Origin: Ministeria vibrans ATCC 50519
Lineage: Eukaryota; Protista; Filasterea
Direction: 5' to 3'
Length of the DNA stretch: 64,000 nucleotides
Assembly: GCA_943704425.1 (NCBI GenBank)
Contig: CALSCP010002431.1
Span: 1-64,000, forward strand
In this document: positions 11,279 through 31,937 of the stretch, piece by piece
Layout of the letters: the number at the start of each line of letters is the position of its first letter
How positions within the stretch are numbered: the first letter of the stretch is position 1
Made by a program: the position numbers and the translations under genes
The notes under the pieces: generated by a model
Databases searched by the model: none
What the model was told of the DNA's origin: nothing
Seen by the model: the letters and a program-made list of their open reading frames with translations, nothing else

Positions 11279-13771
11279 ATGTCCGACGACAGTGCGATGG
11301 CGGCGGTCGCCGACCGTTGGGAATCGCTTGGGTTTGACGCCTTCTTGCAAGAACTCGAAAAGAACGCTCAAGGAATCGAGCAGCGTCGCCAGCAGGGCGA
11401 GGAGTCCCGCCGCTCCCTCGTAGACACTACCCATGAGTTTCGTGAAGTTCGCAAAACTCAAGTGCTCGAGGAGCGCCTCAAAAAGTCGCTGGCAACAGGT
11501 TTGAACGAAAGTAGTGTTTCAAAAAAAAAAACTCAACTTTGTCTCTCTTTTCTCTCTCTCCTCTCTGCCTTTTCGCACTTCTTAGTGATCAAGGCGTATC
11601 AGCAGGAGATTGACTCGGTCACGCGTCGTGCCCGTGCCGCTGAACAAGCAGTTCTGTCGGTCTACAAGCAGTTTCACGACATTCCCGATCCCGTTCCCGC
11701 ACTGCGTCGTGCCGTAGTGAACGCCAAAAGTGCCGCCGCCGCCGCTACCGCTGCTGCTGCTGCTGCTAATACTACTACTACTACTTCGACGCTTGCTGCT
11801 GCAAGGGGTTCGGCAGGCTTAGGCGCAGCGTTCACCGGCGACCTCGAGACGACGGTCGGTGGTGGCGCCGACGAGAAGCATACAGTGGCAGCGTTGCGCA
11901 CGGAGAACGCCCGCTTGCGCGACACGCTCGACGACTACCACCGCGACTTGGCTGAGGTGAAGAACCAAGAGGTGACCATCAAGCGACTGCGTGAACGTGT
12001 GCGCGCGTCCGAGACTGAGGTGGCCACGCGCGTCGCCGCAAGCGTGCAAGAAGAGCGCCAGCGCATGCAACGCGAGCACGACGAGATGCAGTCGCGGGTG
12101 CGCGAGCGCGAGAACCAAGTGCAAAAGTTGACGGGTACCATGGAGGCGTCGGAGCGCCGTCTCTTGCTGCAGGTCGAAGATGCGCAAACACGCCTGATGG
12201 AGGTGCGAGCCCAGATGGAGGAGCAGCAGTCGGCGCACACAGCCGAGATTGACATGCTCATGACAGACCTCGAGCGCGCCAATGGCTCATTGTCAAGCGC
12301 CGAAAAGGACCTGGAGCTTCTGCGCGCACGTCTTCACGAGAATAGCATCTCTTTGGTAGACGGTGGGAATGGTGCAGGTGGTACTAGCGGTGGTGCTGGT
12401 GGTACTGTGGGCGGATTTGCAGCCGAACTGGCGGCCAAGGACCGTGAAGTATCCGAGTTGGTGAGTGAGGTACAGCAGCTGCAGCAGCAGCGACGTGCCG
12501 ATGCGGATCGATGGGCGCAGGAGACGACACGCAACGAAGAACAGGTGCGAGTATTGACATCGAGGGTGGCACAGCTGGAAGGGCGTCTGGAGGCAATGCG
12601 CGACTATGACGATGTGTGCGCGGAGAATCGAGTCCTGAAGCATGTTGAGTTTGGGGATGCTGCGACTACCGTTGCTGCCACTGCTGGTGGTGGGGACGCT
12701 GGCGGAACACGTCCTTTGGAGGCGTTGCTGCTGGACAAGTCGCGTGCGTTACAGACGGAGTTGGTGCGTTTGCGAGCCGAGGTGGAAGAGGAGCGCCAGT
12801 CGGCGACAGAGCTGCGCGATGCAAATAGTGAGCTGCAACAGACAGTGCGGAAGCAAACGGCACTTGTGGGACGACTAGAGAGCGATCTGCTGAACATGCA
12901 ACCGGGTTCGCCCATGTACGTGGGCTCGCCTGCGCCGCGTCGACGCCCCAGCGACGTCCTCTCGAGTCAAGCGGTTGTCGCGTCGTCGTCTGCGGCGCCC
13001 ATTCTATTGGAAGTACTCACTGCCAGTGGCGGGGATGGCGGCACTATGGAGCGTGTTGCGACAACAAGAGGAGAGGGTACGGACGGAAGTGAGTCGGCAC
13101 TGCCGACGACGGTGGGACCCGAGAGCACGACTGGGACGCGTGAGGCACTAGTGGGTGCCGAATCAACCAGTGTTGCGACCGAATCAAGCATTTTGTCGAT
13201 TGTGGCGGGTCAACGTGATCGTTTGCGCCAGCGCATCACCGATCTGGAGGCTGAGTCTACGCATTTGCAGCAGAAGATGTTGCGTGTAGAGCAGGAGTGT
13301 CAGTCGGTGCGCACTGACAATGTCCAGCTCTACGAAAAGATCAAGTTTTTGCAGTCGTACACCATTGGCGATCGTCAAGCAGCATCAGCAGCGGCAGCGA
13401 GTGCGTCGGTGCCCATGGGCGACACGGCAGCCATTGCGGCATCGTCGTCGTCGTCGTCGGGTCCTGTCGAGCGCTACAGTGCAGCATACGAAGACCGTCT
13501 GAACCCTTTCCGCGAATTTAGCAATCGCGAACGCCAGCGACGCATTCAGTCGTTGGGTCCCATTGATCGGTGCACGCTCAACACCGGCCGGTTTATCCTA
13601 GGCAGTGGCCAGTCGCGTCGCGTCTTCTTTTTCTACACCGTCGCACTTCACCTTCTCGTCTTCATGGTTGTCTTTAAGCTGTCCAGTATGAGTGAGCAGA
13701 TGGGCGATCACGATCGCGAGTGCACCGAGGCGTACGCCACACACATGATTCAGTTTCACAATCACCATTAA
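11279..13771 (+). CDS. CASP: CASP/CUX1-type golgin (Coy1 family) with C-terminal TM anchor
   Basis: IKAYQQEIDSVTRR, PDPVP, NQEVTIKRLRE, QRDRLR, DNVQLYEKIKFLQSY, YEDRLNPF, TM FFFYTVALHLLVF; no CUT or homeodomain; one 87-nt intron 11499-11585. Confidence 0.92.
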   Translation: MSDDSAMAAVADRWESLGFDAFLQELEKNAQGIEQRRQQGEESRRSLVDTTHEFREVRKTQVLEERLKKSLATGLNESSVSKKKTQLCLSFLSLLSAFSHFLVIKAYQQEIDSVTRRARAAEQAVLSVYKQFHDIPDPVPALRRAVVNAKSAAAAATAAAAAANTTTTTSTLAAARGSAGLGAAFTGDLETTVGGGADEKHTVAALRTENARLRDTLDDYHRDLAEVKNQEVTIKRLRERVRASETEVATRVAASVQEERQRMQREHDEMQSRVRERENQVQKLTGTMEASERRLLLQVEDAQTRLMEVRAQMEEQQSAHTAEIDMLMTDLERANGSLSSAEKDLELLRARLHENSISLVDGGNGAGGTSGGAGGTVGGFAAELAAKDREVSELVSEVQQLQQQRRADADRWAQETTRNEEQVRVLTSRVAQLEGRLEAMRDYDDVCAENRVLKHVEFGDAATTVAATAGGGDAGGTRPLEALLLDKSRALQTELVRLRAEVEEERQSATELRDANSELQQTVRKQTALVGRLESDLLNMQPGSPMYVGSPAPRRRPSDVLSSQAVVASSSAAPILLEVLTASGGDGGTMERVATTRGEGTDGSESALPTTVGPESTTGTREALVGAESTSVATESSILSIVAGQRDRLRQRITDLEAESTHLQQKMLRVEQECQSVRTDNVQLYEKIKFLQSYTIGDRQAASAAAASASVPMGDTAAIAASSSSSSGPVERYSAAYEDRLNPFREFSNRERQRRIQSLGPIDRCTLNTGRFILGSGQSRRVFFFYTVALHLLVFMVVFKLSSMSEQMGDHDRECTEAYATHMIQFHNHH

Positions 13772-14167
13772 ATTAAACACACAACAATAAAAATGATAAA
13801 AGTTAATATTATTATTCTTGTATAATTATAATTATTTTTGCTCATCTCTGCTTTGACCGTGCCACTAAGTTCGTAGTTATAAAATAAAATAAATAATTAT
13901 CTTACTCACGTTTTCATTGTCGTTCCGGGGCAACACTGGGCCTGCTCTACAGTCGCTAGCTGCTCATCAACACTTTAGAGCAGATCTACTCGTAATATTA
14001 TTGCTGTTTCTCAATCGTTCTTACAAGTTAGAAACTCCCACTGTGTGTTTCTCCGAAAAGAAAACTGTGTGTGTGTGAAACTCCGGAAAAATACCATAAT
14101 CAATTTCGTTGAAAATCTTTGTTTAATTAAAAAAACAAACGCTGAGCTTCCTCCCGGCACCTCGTGA

Positions 14168-14494
14168 TCAGATGGTCAGGTCACCAGAGATAATCTTGAC
14201 CTGTCCCACTTCCGAGCTGGGAATTGTTCCGCCGACGTTGAGATTTTTGGCCGTGACATCTCCGTTGAGGGTTGCGCCCGCGACGTACAAATTCGTGGCG
14301 CTGACGTTGCAGTCGACGACCACACCTTGAAGGTAGGTGTTGGCGGCGGAGAAGCTCAGCTCTTTCGACTTGACCGTTTTGATGGTAATAGACCCGCCCT
14401 GCCCCGCGACAAAGTTTGCAGCAAGGCTAGCGCTGCCCTCGCTGACCGTCACGATCGCGCTGGTTCCCGGCAATGTTTTGTATGTGGTTGGCAT
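14168..14494 (-). CDS. Small intronless beta-rich protein, possibly a bactofilin-like beta-solenoid
   Basis: 108-aa ORF with coding-like composition between AT-rich flanks; repeated motif VDCNVSATNLYVAG / LNGDVTAKNLNVGG. Confidence 0.55.
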   Translation of the reverse strand: MPTTYKTLPGTSAIVTVSEGSASLAANFVAGQGGSITIKTVKSKELSFSAANTYLQGVVVDCNVSATNLYVAGATLNGDVTAKNLNVGGTIPSSEVGQVKIISGDLTI

Positions 14495-14927
14495 TGTTGT
14501 TAATGTAGATTGAGAAGGGTCAAGAGGGGTGGTTAGGGTTGTGAAGAGACAGAAAAGACTGACTAATTATTTGTCGAAGATTAATATTAAAAGCAGAGCA
14601 AAGGTCGAAAAGTGATTGAGTGGCCGAATGTTTTTTTCGACGACCCCGAGAAAACTTTGGACCTAATCTGAACAAAAAAAACAGAAGGAAAGAAGGAAAG
14701 CAAAATCCGATCAAAGGACGTGTATTCGTGTAAGAAAGACTAAGAACAGTTGAATGAACGACGACTTGAGTCAACATTATTATTGGGGAGAGATTGGGAA
14801 TTGATTTGCGAAACGATAGTATTGAAGACATTCCAATTTATCATCAATCAACTGTAAAAAATGATCAAACTCAACACTTTTTTCCTCGGCCCTCCCCTCC
14901 CCGTTCCCCCTCAGCGCTTTGCTCACA

Positions 14928-15158
14928 ATGCCGCCTCCACCGGCATCGCGCATCGTGTCGCATTGCGTGGTGCTGGCGGTGTGTGTGTTTGCCCTGTCGT
15001 TTGTGTTTCGCTTCCAAATGCTCAAGACAGTCGCGCTCTGCGTCGCTGCCATTGCCGCCCTGGGCCTCTTCCTCTTCTCGGAGGCCCGCTTGCTTGCCAA
15101 CCGTCCGCTACGCAGAGCCTACACGAGGAGTGTGCCGATGAAAGTCAAATCCGAATGA
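14928..15158 (+). CDS. Small two-TM hypothetical protein
   Basis: 76-aa GC-rich ORF with two hydrophobic stretches and a basic tail; acceptor-like ccctcag at 14908-14914 just upstream. Confidence 0.4.
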   Translation: MPPPPASRIVSHCVVLAVCVFALSFVFRFQMLKTVALCVAAIAALGLFLFSEARLLANRPLRRAYTRSVPMKVKSE

Positions 15159-15471
15159 ATTGTATAAACCATTGTGTACCTTTCTGTTTTTCTTTTTGAA
15201 CTCTTTCCTGCGCCCGCTATGATCGCCTCGCATAGTCAAGGAGCACTGAAGAGTTCTCGAAGAATAAAATCGCTTCTATATTAGTTTCATTTGATATTTG
15301 TTCAGAAACAGTCTAGACACGACTTGTATTGTATCTGTTAGGCTCAGCTTTAACGTGTTATCCAACTGCCGATAGACCACGCACTGTGACATCATTTCAT
15401 TCTTCTTCTTCTTCTTCAAAGTATAATCAATTATTATTATTATTATCCATTATTTGATTCTCTCATGGAGT

Positions 15472-17834
15472 TCAATGAAGCACAAGTCGTACATCGTCAC
15501 GGTCCGTCTCATCGTACGCCGGCGCAGTGTCGTCGTCCTCAACGCCAGCAGCACCCTCGTCCATCGGCTCGACGCTCATACTGACGCAGGCTTCGTTGAA
15601 GGCATCGACGTCGCTTGCAATGAGGAAGTAAGGGTTCTCCTTGCGCAGACGAAAGATGAAGGCGAGCGACGAGAGGAAGAGGAAGAGCACAATGTCGAGG
15701 GCAATGAGCAGCCAGGTGGAAGCGCTCGGCTTGAGCGCAGTGAGCACCAACAAGGCAACTTCCGCCAAGAGATACAGCGACACGGAGATGTTGTAGCGGT
15801 ACATGAGAGTGTACTTGAGATGCAGTGACTCTGCATCGTCGTGCGTGTGAGTTGCACCATCCGACCCATCCTCTTCCTCATTATTACTCCCACTCACACT
15901 GCCACCACCACCACCACTACTATTACTGCTGCTGCTGCTACTACTACTGCTGCGAATGATGCCATTGCTGCGCCGTCGTCGAGGCCTTCTGCCACTGTTG
16001 CGTACGGGTCGCAATGGCGGCAGCGCAATTCCGTCTTCGGGGTAGTTTCGCAGTCGTGGCAATGACTCCAAGGCGATTGTAGAGTTTGCAGTCGTGCTTG
16101 CATCCTGATTAGGCTCTTCCGCCGCACTCGCCAGCAACACAGCAGCGGCACTTGCACTTGTATCTACATAAATGAAAATAAAGATTCAAAAACATCCACT
16201 CTCAGAGTTCACATGGTGACGGTGTGCTCCGACCTTGCAAAGAAGACTCTGAGGCATCAAAGGGCGGTGGAGGCGGCAAGGAAGCCAATCGTCGCTCGGC
16301 AACATCAGGCGCAGCTGCCACCACAGCCTCATCACCGCCTGTCTCGGGGGTGTAGGGTGGCGGAGCGCCTGTCGTCAAATCCACTGCGTGTCGTTCGCGC
16401 GCGATCCGTTCGCGCTCCTGTCGCGCCTGCTCCTCTTCCGTCACACCAAACAGGACGTTGTCGACATTTTCAAGGAAAGGCCGCAGTGCTGCTTCGTGAG
16501 CTGCTCGTTGAGCGGGTGTCTACAAACACAAGAATGACAGAAAGTATGTGTGTGAGAAAAAGAAGGGAGAAGAGAGAGAGAAAAATAAAGTGATGGAGAT
16601 AGAAACAAAGTGAGATAGAAAAACTAAGTGATAGAGAGAGAGACACACAGCGATAAAGAAATAGAGAGAGAAATAATAAAGTAACAAAGTGATATAAGAA
16701 ACAAAGTGAGAGAGAAAAACTAAGTGATAGAGAGAGAGACACACAGCGATAAAGAAATAGAGAGAGAAATAATAAAGTAACAGAGTGATATAATAAAGTA
16801 GCAAAGTGATATAATAAAGTAACAAAGTGATATAATAAAGTAACAAAGTGATGGAGAGAGACAAAGTGGTGGAGAGAGAAGCGATAGAGAGACACCACAG
16901 ACATTTCTCACTTGTAAGTCCCAGTGAAGTTCATGAAGAACGAGTCGTGTCGACTGGAAAATCCATAGCCACATGTAAATGAGCGTAAAAAAGTTGGTAG
17001 CTGACATGGCAAACATGACACGCTTCTCAAAGTCGGATGAGAAATGAACAGTGCTAAGGTTACGACCTGACGCCGGATCGTGTGAAGTGTTGTGTCCCGC
17101 TTCGAGTTCGATGATGTAGTCGACGACAAGCGACGAGACGAAAAGAATGATGGGTGCTAAGCGTGTGTCAAAGACGGTTTAGAATATAACATGAGATGAC
17201 AGAACATGAAACACACCTGCAATGATGGAGCGAGTGTGTTTGAGTTGGGTCGTCGTAATACAATAGCCGCACGAAATGATCATCAGCAGCGCCATGAACA
17301 CCGCCGCTGAGAGGTTCCCTGAGAAGATGAGAACGCCATACTCTATGGAGATGTGCCGGACGTGCTCTGCGTCCTACAAAGAAAGCGACAAGAGAGATGG
17401 CACAACATAATATTATTGGGATGGCCAAAAGTAGAATGTTCTCACTCTCACTCTCACTCTCACTCTCTCACTCTCTCAAATTGGACTGTAAAGACAGCGC
17501 ACAAGGGAGAAGCCGCACACAACGCATGTGTGGGCAGCCATACAGCAGCGCACGGTAGCCCGTGTGAGTCGCAATGTGTCGATGACGCGAAGGGAAAAAA
17601 AGAAAAAAAATAGAACTTGTGTCGTACGTCAGTCTGAAAGTCAGCGAGGAAGAAGACAAGGATCTCATCAAGAAGACGCACGGCCACAGTGAGGGCCACC
17701 AGGCGAGAGAGGATGTAGCCGGTGGAGCGGACAGTCCAATGACGGACAGTGTCAATAGCAACGGCCGTGCCCAGCGCACACCACAGGCCGAGCCGCACCG
17801 CCAGGTATGTGTGGTTGCCAATGATGTCGGCCAT
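15472..17834 (-). CDS. Multi-pass membrane protein resembling the 7TM part of the GPR107/TMEM87 (GOST) family, with a long cytosolic insert
   Basis: Spliced exons give about 7 hydrophobic segments, ...LLMIISCGYCIT..., and terminal LAFIFRLRKENPYFLI followed by an acidic tail. Confidence 0.55.
16585..16880. repeat. Intronic tandem array of the AAAGTGATA/TATCACTTT unit
   Basis: Repeated acaaagtgata(taataaagta/gagag) units. Confidence 0.85.
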
Positions 17835-18135
17835 CAGCACAGGCAAAAATTCAGAGAGATGATAACTAAAATTGTGAAAAATGAAAATAAAACAGGAATT
17901 TACTCAAATAAGTGAATGAATAGCTGTAAAAATAAAATATAAAATAAAGTACTTTGGAGTGTGCTGAGAGACAGCTGCATCTGCTGACGTATGACTACAA
18001 TGATTGCACCATAGGCTAATCGCAAAAAATGAAAACATTTACTCCGTTCGCTTGCAAATAACTAACAGCTGTGACTATCCGCCTTAAAAAATTAATATTA
18101 TTATATTAATGTACAATAATTATGTTTTAATTCAA

Positions 18136-20294
18136 TCAATTTACAAGTAAAGGCGAGCTGTCAGCACCATCTGAATTGGTTTCGGAGTCCGTCGCGGGCT
18201 CACGGAGCACATCCGAAATGGAAAGGCCATTGGGAGCAAGAGACTCACTCATGTCAATCACGGCCGCACTGCTACCACTTGCACTTGCTGTCGTGGCGGT
18301 GGTAAGGGGACGCTCGTCGGCCGAGTCGTCGTCCTCGAGAAACATACTGGGTACCTTGGCAAAGCCTGAACGCGGCGCAAACTGGGTGAGACGACGGTCG
18401 CGCTCGCGACGCGACCGTTTGCGTGACTTGGAAGAGTAGGAAGAGGAAGAGGCAGTTGAGGAGCCCGAGAGAAGCCCCCCAGGACCACGCAGACGACTCA
18501 GTTGCAGCCGTTTCCATCGAATACAGGCAATGCATAGCGCCAGCAGTGCAATAAGACCAAGCACAGTGGCAAACACAGCGACAAGAGCTTGCCACACGGC
18601 ACACGTCGCAGAGCGCACACACACTACACTCCGACTACTGCTGCGACTCGTCGTAGTGCTTGAAAGAACACGATGAAATCCAACAGAGCACTCGCAATAG
18701 AAGGCACCCTCCGTGTTGACACACTGCTGGCCCTCGGCTGGCCCACAGGGATCGCCCGAGCGACACTCATCGACATCCTCGCAGGTCACACCGTCGCGTC
18801 CCTTGTGCGCATAACCCACCTCACAGCCACACGACTGCACCCGCGTCACATTGTTCCACACACATACCTCGTGACCGGCCAGCGAACATCCGCCGTTGTG
18901 CTCCGTACACGGGTCCACCAGTTCACACTCGCTGCCGTTGCCCCTTGCTTGCAACACACTGTGCCGAAGACTCGGCACATGGAAGCCCGCCACACACGCA
19001 CACACAGCCAGATCCGCCGACAGTTGCACACACTCCGAGTGACCCACGCAATCCATGGAACTGGTCGCACACAAGTCAATGGTGTGCTCGCACGAGACGC
19101 CCGTGTACCCATGAGAGCAGACACACGTCCCGTCGACGCATTCACCGCGACCGTTGCCGCACGTCGCGTCGGGCAGACAGCGGGCACTTGTCGCGCACAC
19201 AATCGTTGTCACGTTGCGGGCACATCGAAAGTTGTTGTTGTCACGGCACTTGTCCGATGGGTTGTTGGCGAGCTGCCCAAACTCGCGAACAAATGTGCCC
19301 GAGCCGCCTCCGTCGAGATTGATGGCGTTAAAAAAGCCATACTTGATGAGAAGCGTGGCAAACTCGTAGAGGCTCACGCCACGCGAGTAGCTCTGGCCAT
19401 CCACTTGCATGATCATGACGCGCCCCTGCGCATCGTGCCCAACGGCAACACGCGCTGACACGAGCGTGTCAAAGTTGTCACCGCTCTCTTGCGTCCCCAT
19501 CTCCTCAAGGCTCATGCTCTCTCTGACAAACGTCTCGCCGTTTCGCACCACCCAGCCAACGCCCGCAATAAGCTGCTGAAACCCAGCCGTGGCAATAAAG
19601 TCGCGATGGAGATAGCCGACGACGAGCGAGCCGTTCTGCAGCAGCCCAAAGTTGGCATTCTGTATGCCCGTATTCTGCACGATGCGACTGTCGGAGACAA
19701 CGTTGCCGAGACACGCGCCCGTCTGCGTGTTGAAGAAGCCGCCGTTGGTCGCCGCGACACAGTGGTGCAGCTGGGCCGTGCTCGCGACCAGAGCGCGAGG
19801 ATCCGTCACATTCTGCAGCGGCTCTTCGCTCCCTTCGCTCAATGTGTCGTTTGCGCCCGCTGCGCTTACCGATTCGTTTACCGGCGGCGCCCACGACACA
19901 TTGGCGCACCCTAGCGGCGGTTCAAACACGTGGAACTGCTCGAGAGGGTTTGCAATGGTGACAAGATGCGCAATGGCGAAACGATGTTGCCAGGACTGTC
20001 CAGTGTCCTGGATGATGCTGCGAACGGAGACAGGCACGCCGGGGGTCTGTGCTGCAGGCCACAAGTCAAACGGTGCTAGTGATGCCGACGCGAGCCGGCG
20101 AGTGATTTCCTGCGAGTGAACAAGAGAGAGAGATGATCAGGATTTCATTCTTTTGAAAGTCAACACGTTACTCCGTGTGACGCACGCGGCCCGTGTTGCA
20201 GAGCTCCAGGGTATGGGCGCGTGTCTTCATGGAGTGTCGTGCCCACTGTGAGGGCTGGAAGAGAGGCAATAAGACACGCAAGCGTAAAGATCAT
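18136..20294 (-). CDS. NAGPA: NAGPA (mannose-6-phosphate uncovering enzyme) with extended EGF array, TM and cytosolic tail
   Basis: Signal peptide; ATNGGFF, CLGNVVSD, QNANFG, SARVAVGHDAQGR, VDGQS..RG, NAINLDGGGS, NNPSDKC, RCARNVTTIVC; several EGF/cbEGF repeats. Confidence 0.92.
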
Positions 20295-20443
20295 TCCAAA
20301 AAAAAAAAAAAAAAATAATCACCGTTGGTTTGTGAATCGTGATTACTCAATCACTGATAAGTGAATAATAATTACATTGATAAACATTAAACTCATTAAA
20401 ATTATTGTGCTTTTTTTCTTCGAGCTGTTCTACCTGACAAAGG

Positions 20444-27882
<7,439 letters not shown>

Positions 27883-28230
27883 TTTCTTTTGCTATCTTTT
27901 GACCTTATTTTTTGTCCCTTTTCTTACCGTTTTGAAAATTTCAAATAAACCCTAAATCTCTCTCTCTCTCTTACTCTTTAAGACTCTCTCTTTTTCTCCA
28001 TCTCTCTTCTCTATTTTTTCCATCTCTGTTTGTTTCTCTCTCATGTCTCTCTATCAAGCTCCCTCTCTCGAACAGAGTCGAACTTTCTCATGTAGCTTCG
28101 ATCTTAATAGGCAACCAAATTAACATAATTAGGAATGAAATGACTCAAATGAAGNNNNNNNATATTCCTTTTCCACTAAATCCACTTTCTTTCCAGTCAT
28201 TTTTCACACGCCAAGCATCTGATTGTGAGC

Positions 28231-30267
<2,037 letters not shown>

Positions 30268-30387
30268 GAACAAAAAGTGTGTGTACAAACTGTGTGTGTG
30301 AAACGGCATGATAATAACCCATTCAATCGCAAGTAAAGAGACTTTGGTATGTCTTTTGCGTGTTTACGTATTATACACTTAATGCGG

Positions 30388-31883
30388 TTAGACGGAGAGA
30401 GCGAGTTTGGTGTAAAGGGCCTCGAGAAACTTTGTGGCGTCGTCACGTTTGACTTCAATGATAGACGAGTCAAAGCCATCGTGGCGGATGCGGGCAGAGG
30501 TGGACTCAGACGCAGCGCGAAAGGCATTACCAAAGGTGCTGCGCAAGCAAAAGTCGCAGAGTGAGTGGGGTGTGGAGAGTGTATATCAAAATCAACGGGT
30601 ATAAAACAGTTTAGCAAGGGTGCGTGAGTCAAGCACGCGAAATAGGATCAATGATTTTCTTTGTTCTGCGTCTTGGTTCTTTCTCTCGATTTTTTCTCCC
30701 CCCCCCCCTCTCCTTTGCTTCTTTCTCCCTCTTTTCTCTCTCATTCTCTTACTTCCTTGCAATAGCTCCATCTGCTTTGGCATCGCTTGGCATAACTCCC
30801 ACCACACTGTACAAATCCGTTGCGCGATTCAACACAAGCGCAACAAATGGTTTCGCTTGCTTGTGTTTCCTGTTCTCCTGCAAATCATTGTCAATTGTCG
30901 ACATCAAAAAAGACCCCTTTATTCTTCATTCTTACTCTGTATGCGTCCACGATAAAAAGCGAAAGCTTAATGAGAGTCATCGGGTGGAGAAACTCCTGGA
31001 GATTTCGTGCGTCATCTAATCGAATGTAGCGGAAGGGTCCCATTGGAATGATGCTCTTCTTGGTGATCATGTTAAAGACGGTCGTCATGATGGCCGTTTG
31101 CTGTCGGATGGCCAGGTCGAGTCCATCGCGCAGCTTCACATTACAATGGCTGACATCAGAGAGCAATAGTGTGAGTGAGGTGAACGCTTTGTTCCTGGGG
31201 TGAACGTGTGTGCATTTGCTCACCTGTCGGTCGCAAGTGCATCAAATGCCTGATAGAAATTGCGCGTCCAGTTTGGTACACCAGACACAGACGAAGCATC
31301 GCCCGTCTGGTACAGCAGTGAGTTTACAGCATACACAGCATCACTCGCAGACACTACACAAAACAGAGACAAGCATTCAATCTCACTCGAATCACCCCTT
31401 TTGTTTTTCCTTCTGTCCCGCTTACACTCTTGACGAAATCCAATTTTGGCGGAGAAGGAACCAAATGAGAGGTCGGGAAGATTGGCTTCGGAGACGTACT
31501 TGGAGCGCAGAGACTCGTCCAGAGACGATTTGAGATCGACATTCATAGACGAGAATTTTTGTCGACACTCTCGCAAAGGGAGTCTGAACAAGACAAAGGA
31601 GAAATCAGATTAACACGTTTTCTCCTTGATATGATACAAATGTGTGAGTGTATACCCCAAGTGCGCAAGAAGATCGTCAAGAGTTCGACGCCCCTTCTCA
31701 GACCACGTTTGCAGTCGACTAGCCACGTAGCTCGAATGGATCATACTATAATAAAAAGAGTGTTTAAGACTGATTCTCCCATTTCCGCACACACTAAGCG
31801 CTACGCATTGAGCACTAATCATTCAGCACTAAGCATTAAGCACTAAGCATACACAGACACAGACACAGACACACAGACACACA

Positions 31884-31937
<54 letters not shown>

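Noticed and set aside
15269-15355. U2 snRNA-like words (ATCGCTTCT ... GTATCTGTT ... CAGCTTTAA)
   Set aside because: Spacing is wrong, the branch-pairing GTAGTA is not intact, and no stem I or Sm site is evident
31790-31850. CACTAAG heptamer repeats
   Set aside because: Short degenerate intronic repeat next to a CA tract in CDC45 with no further structure
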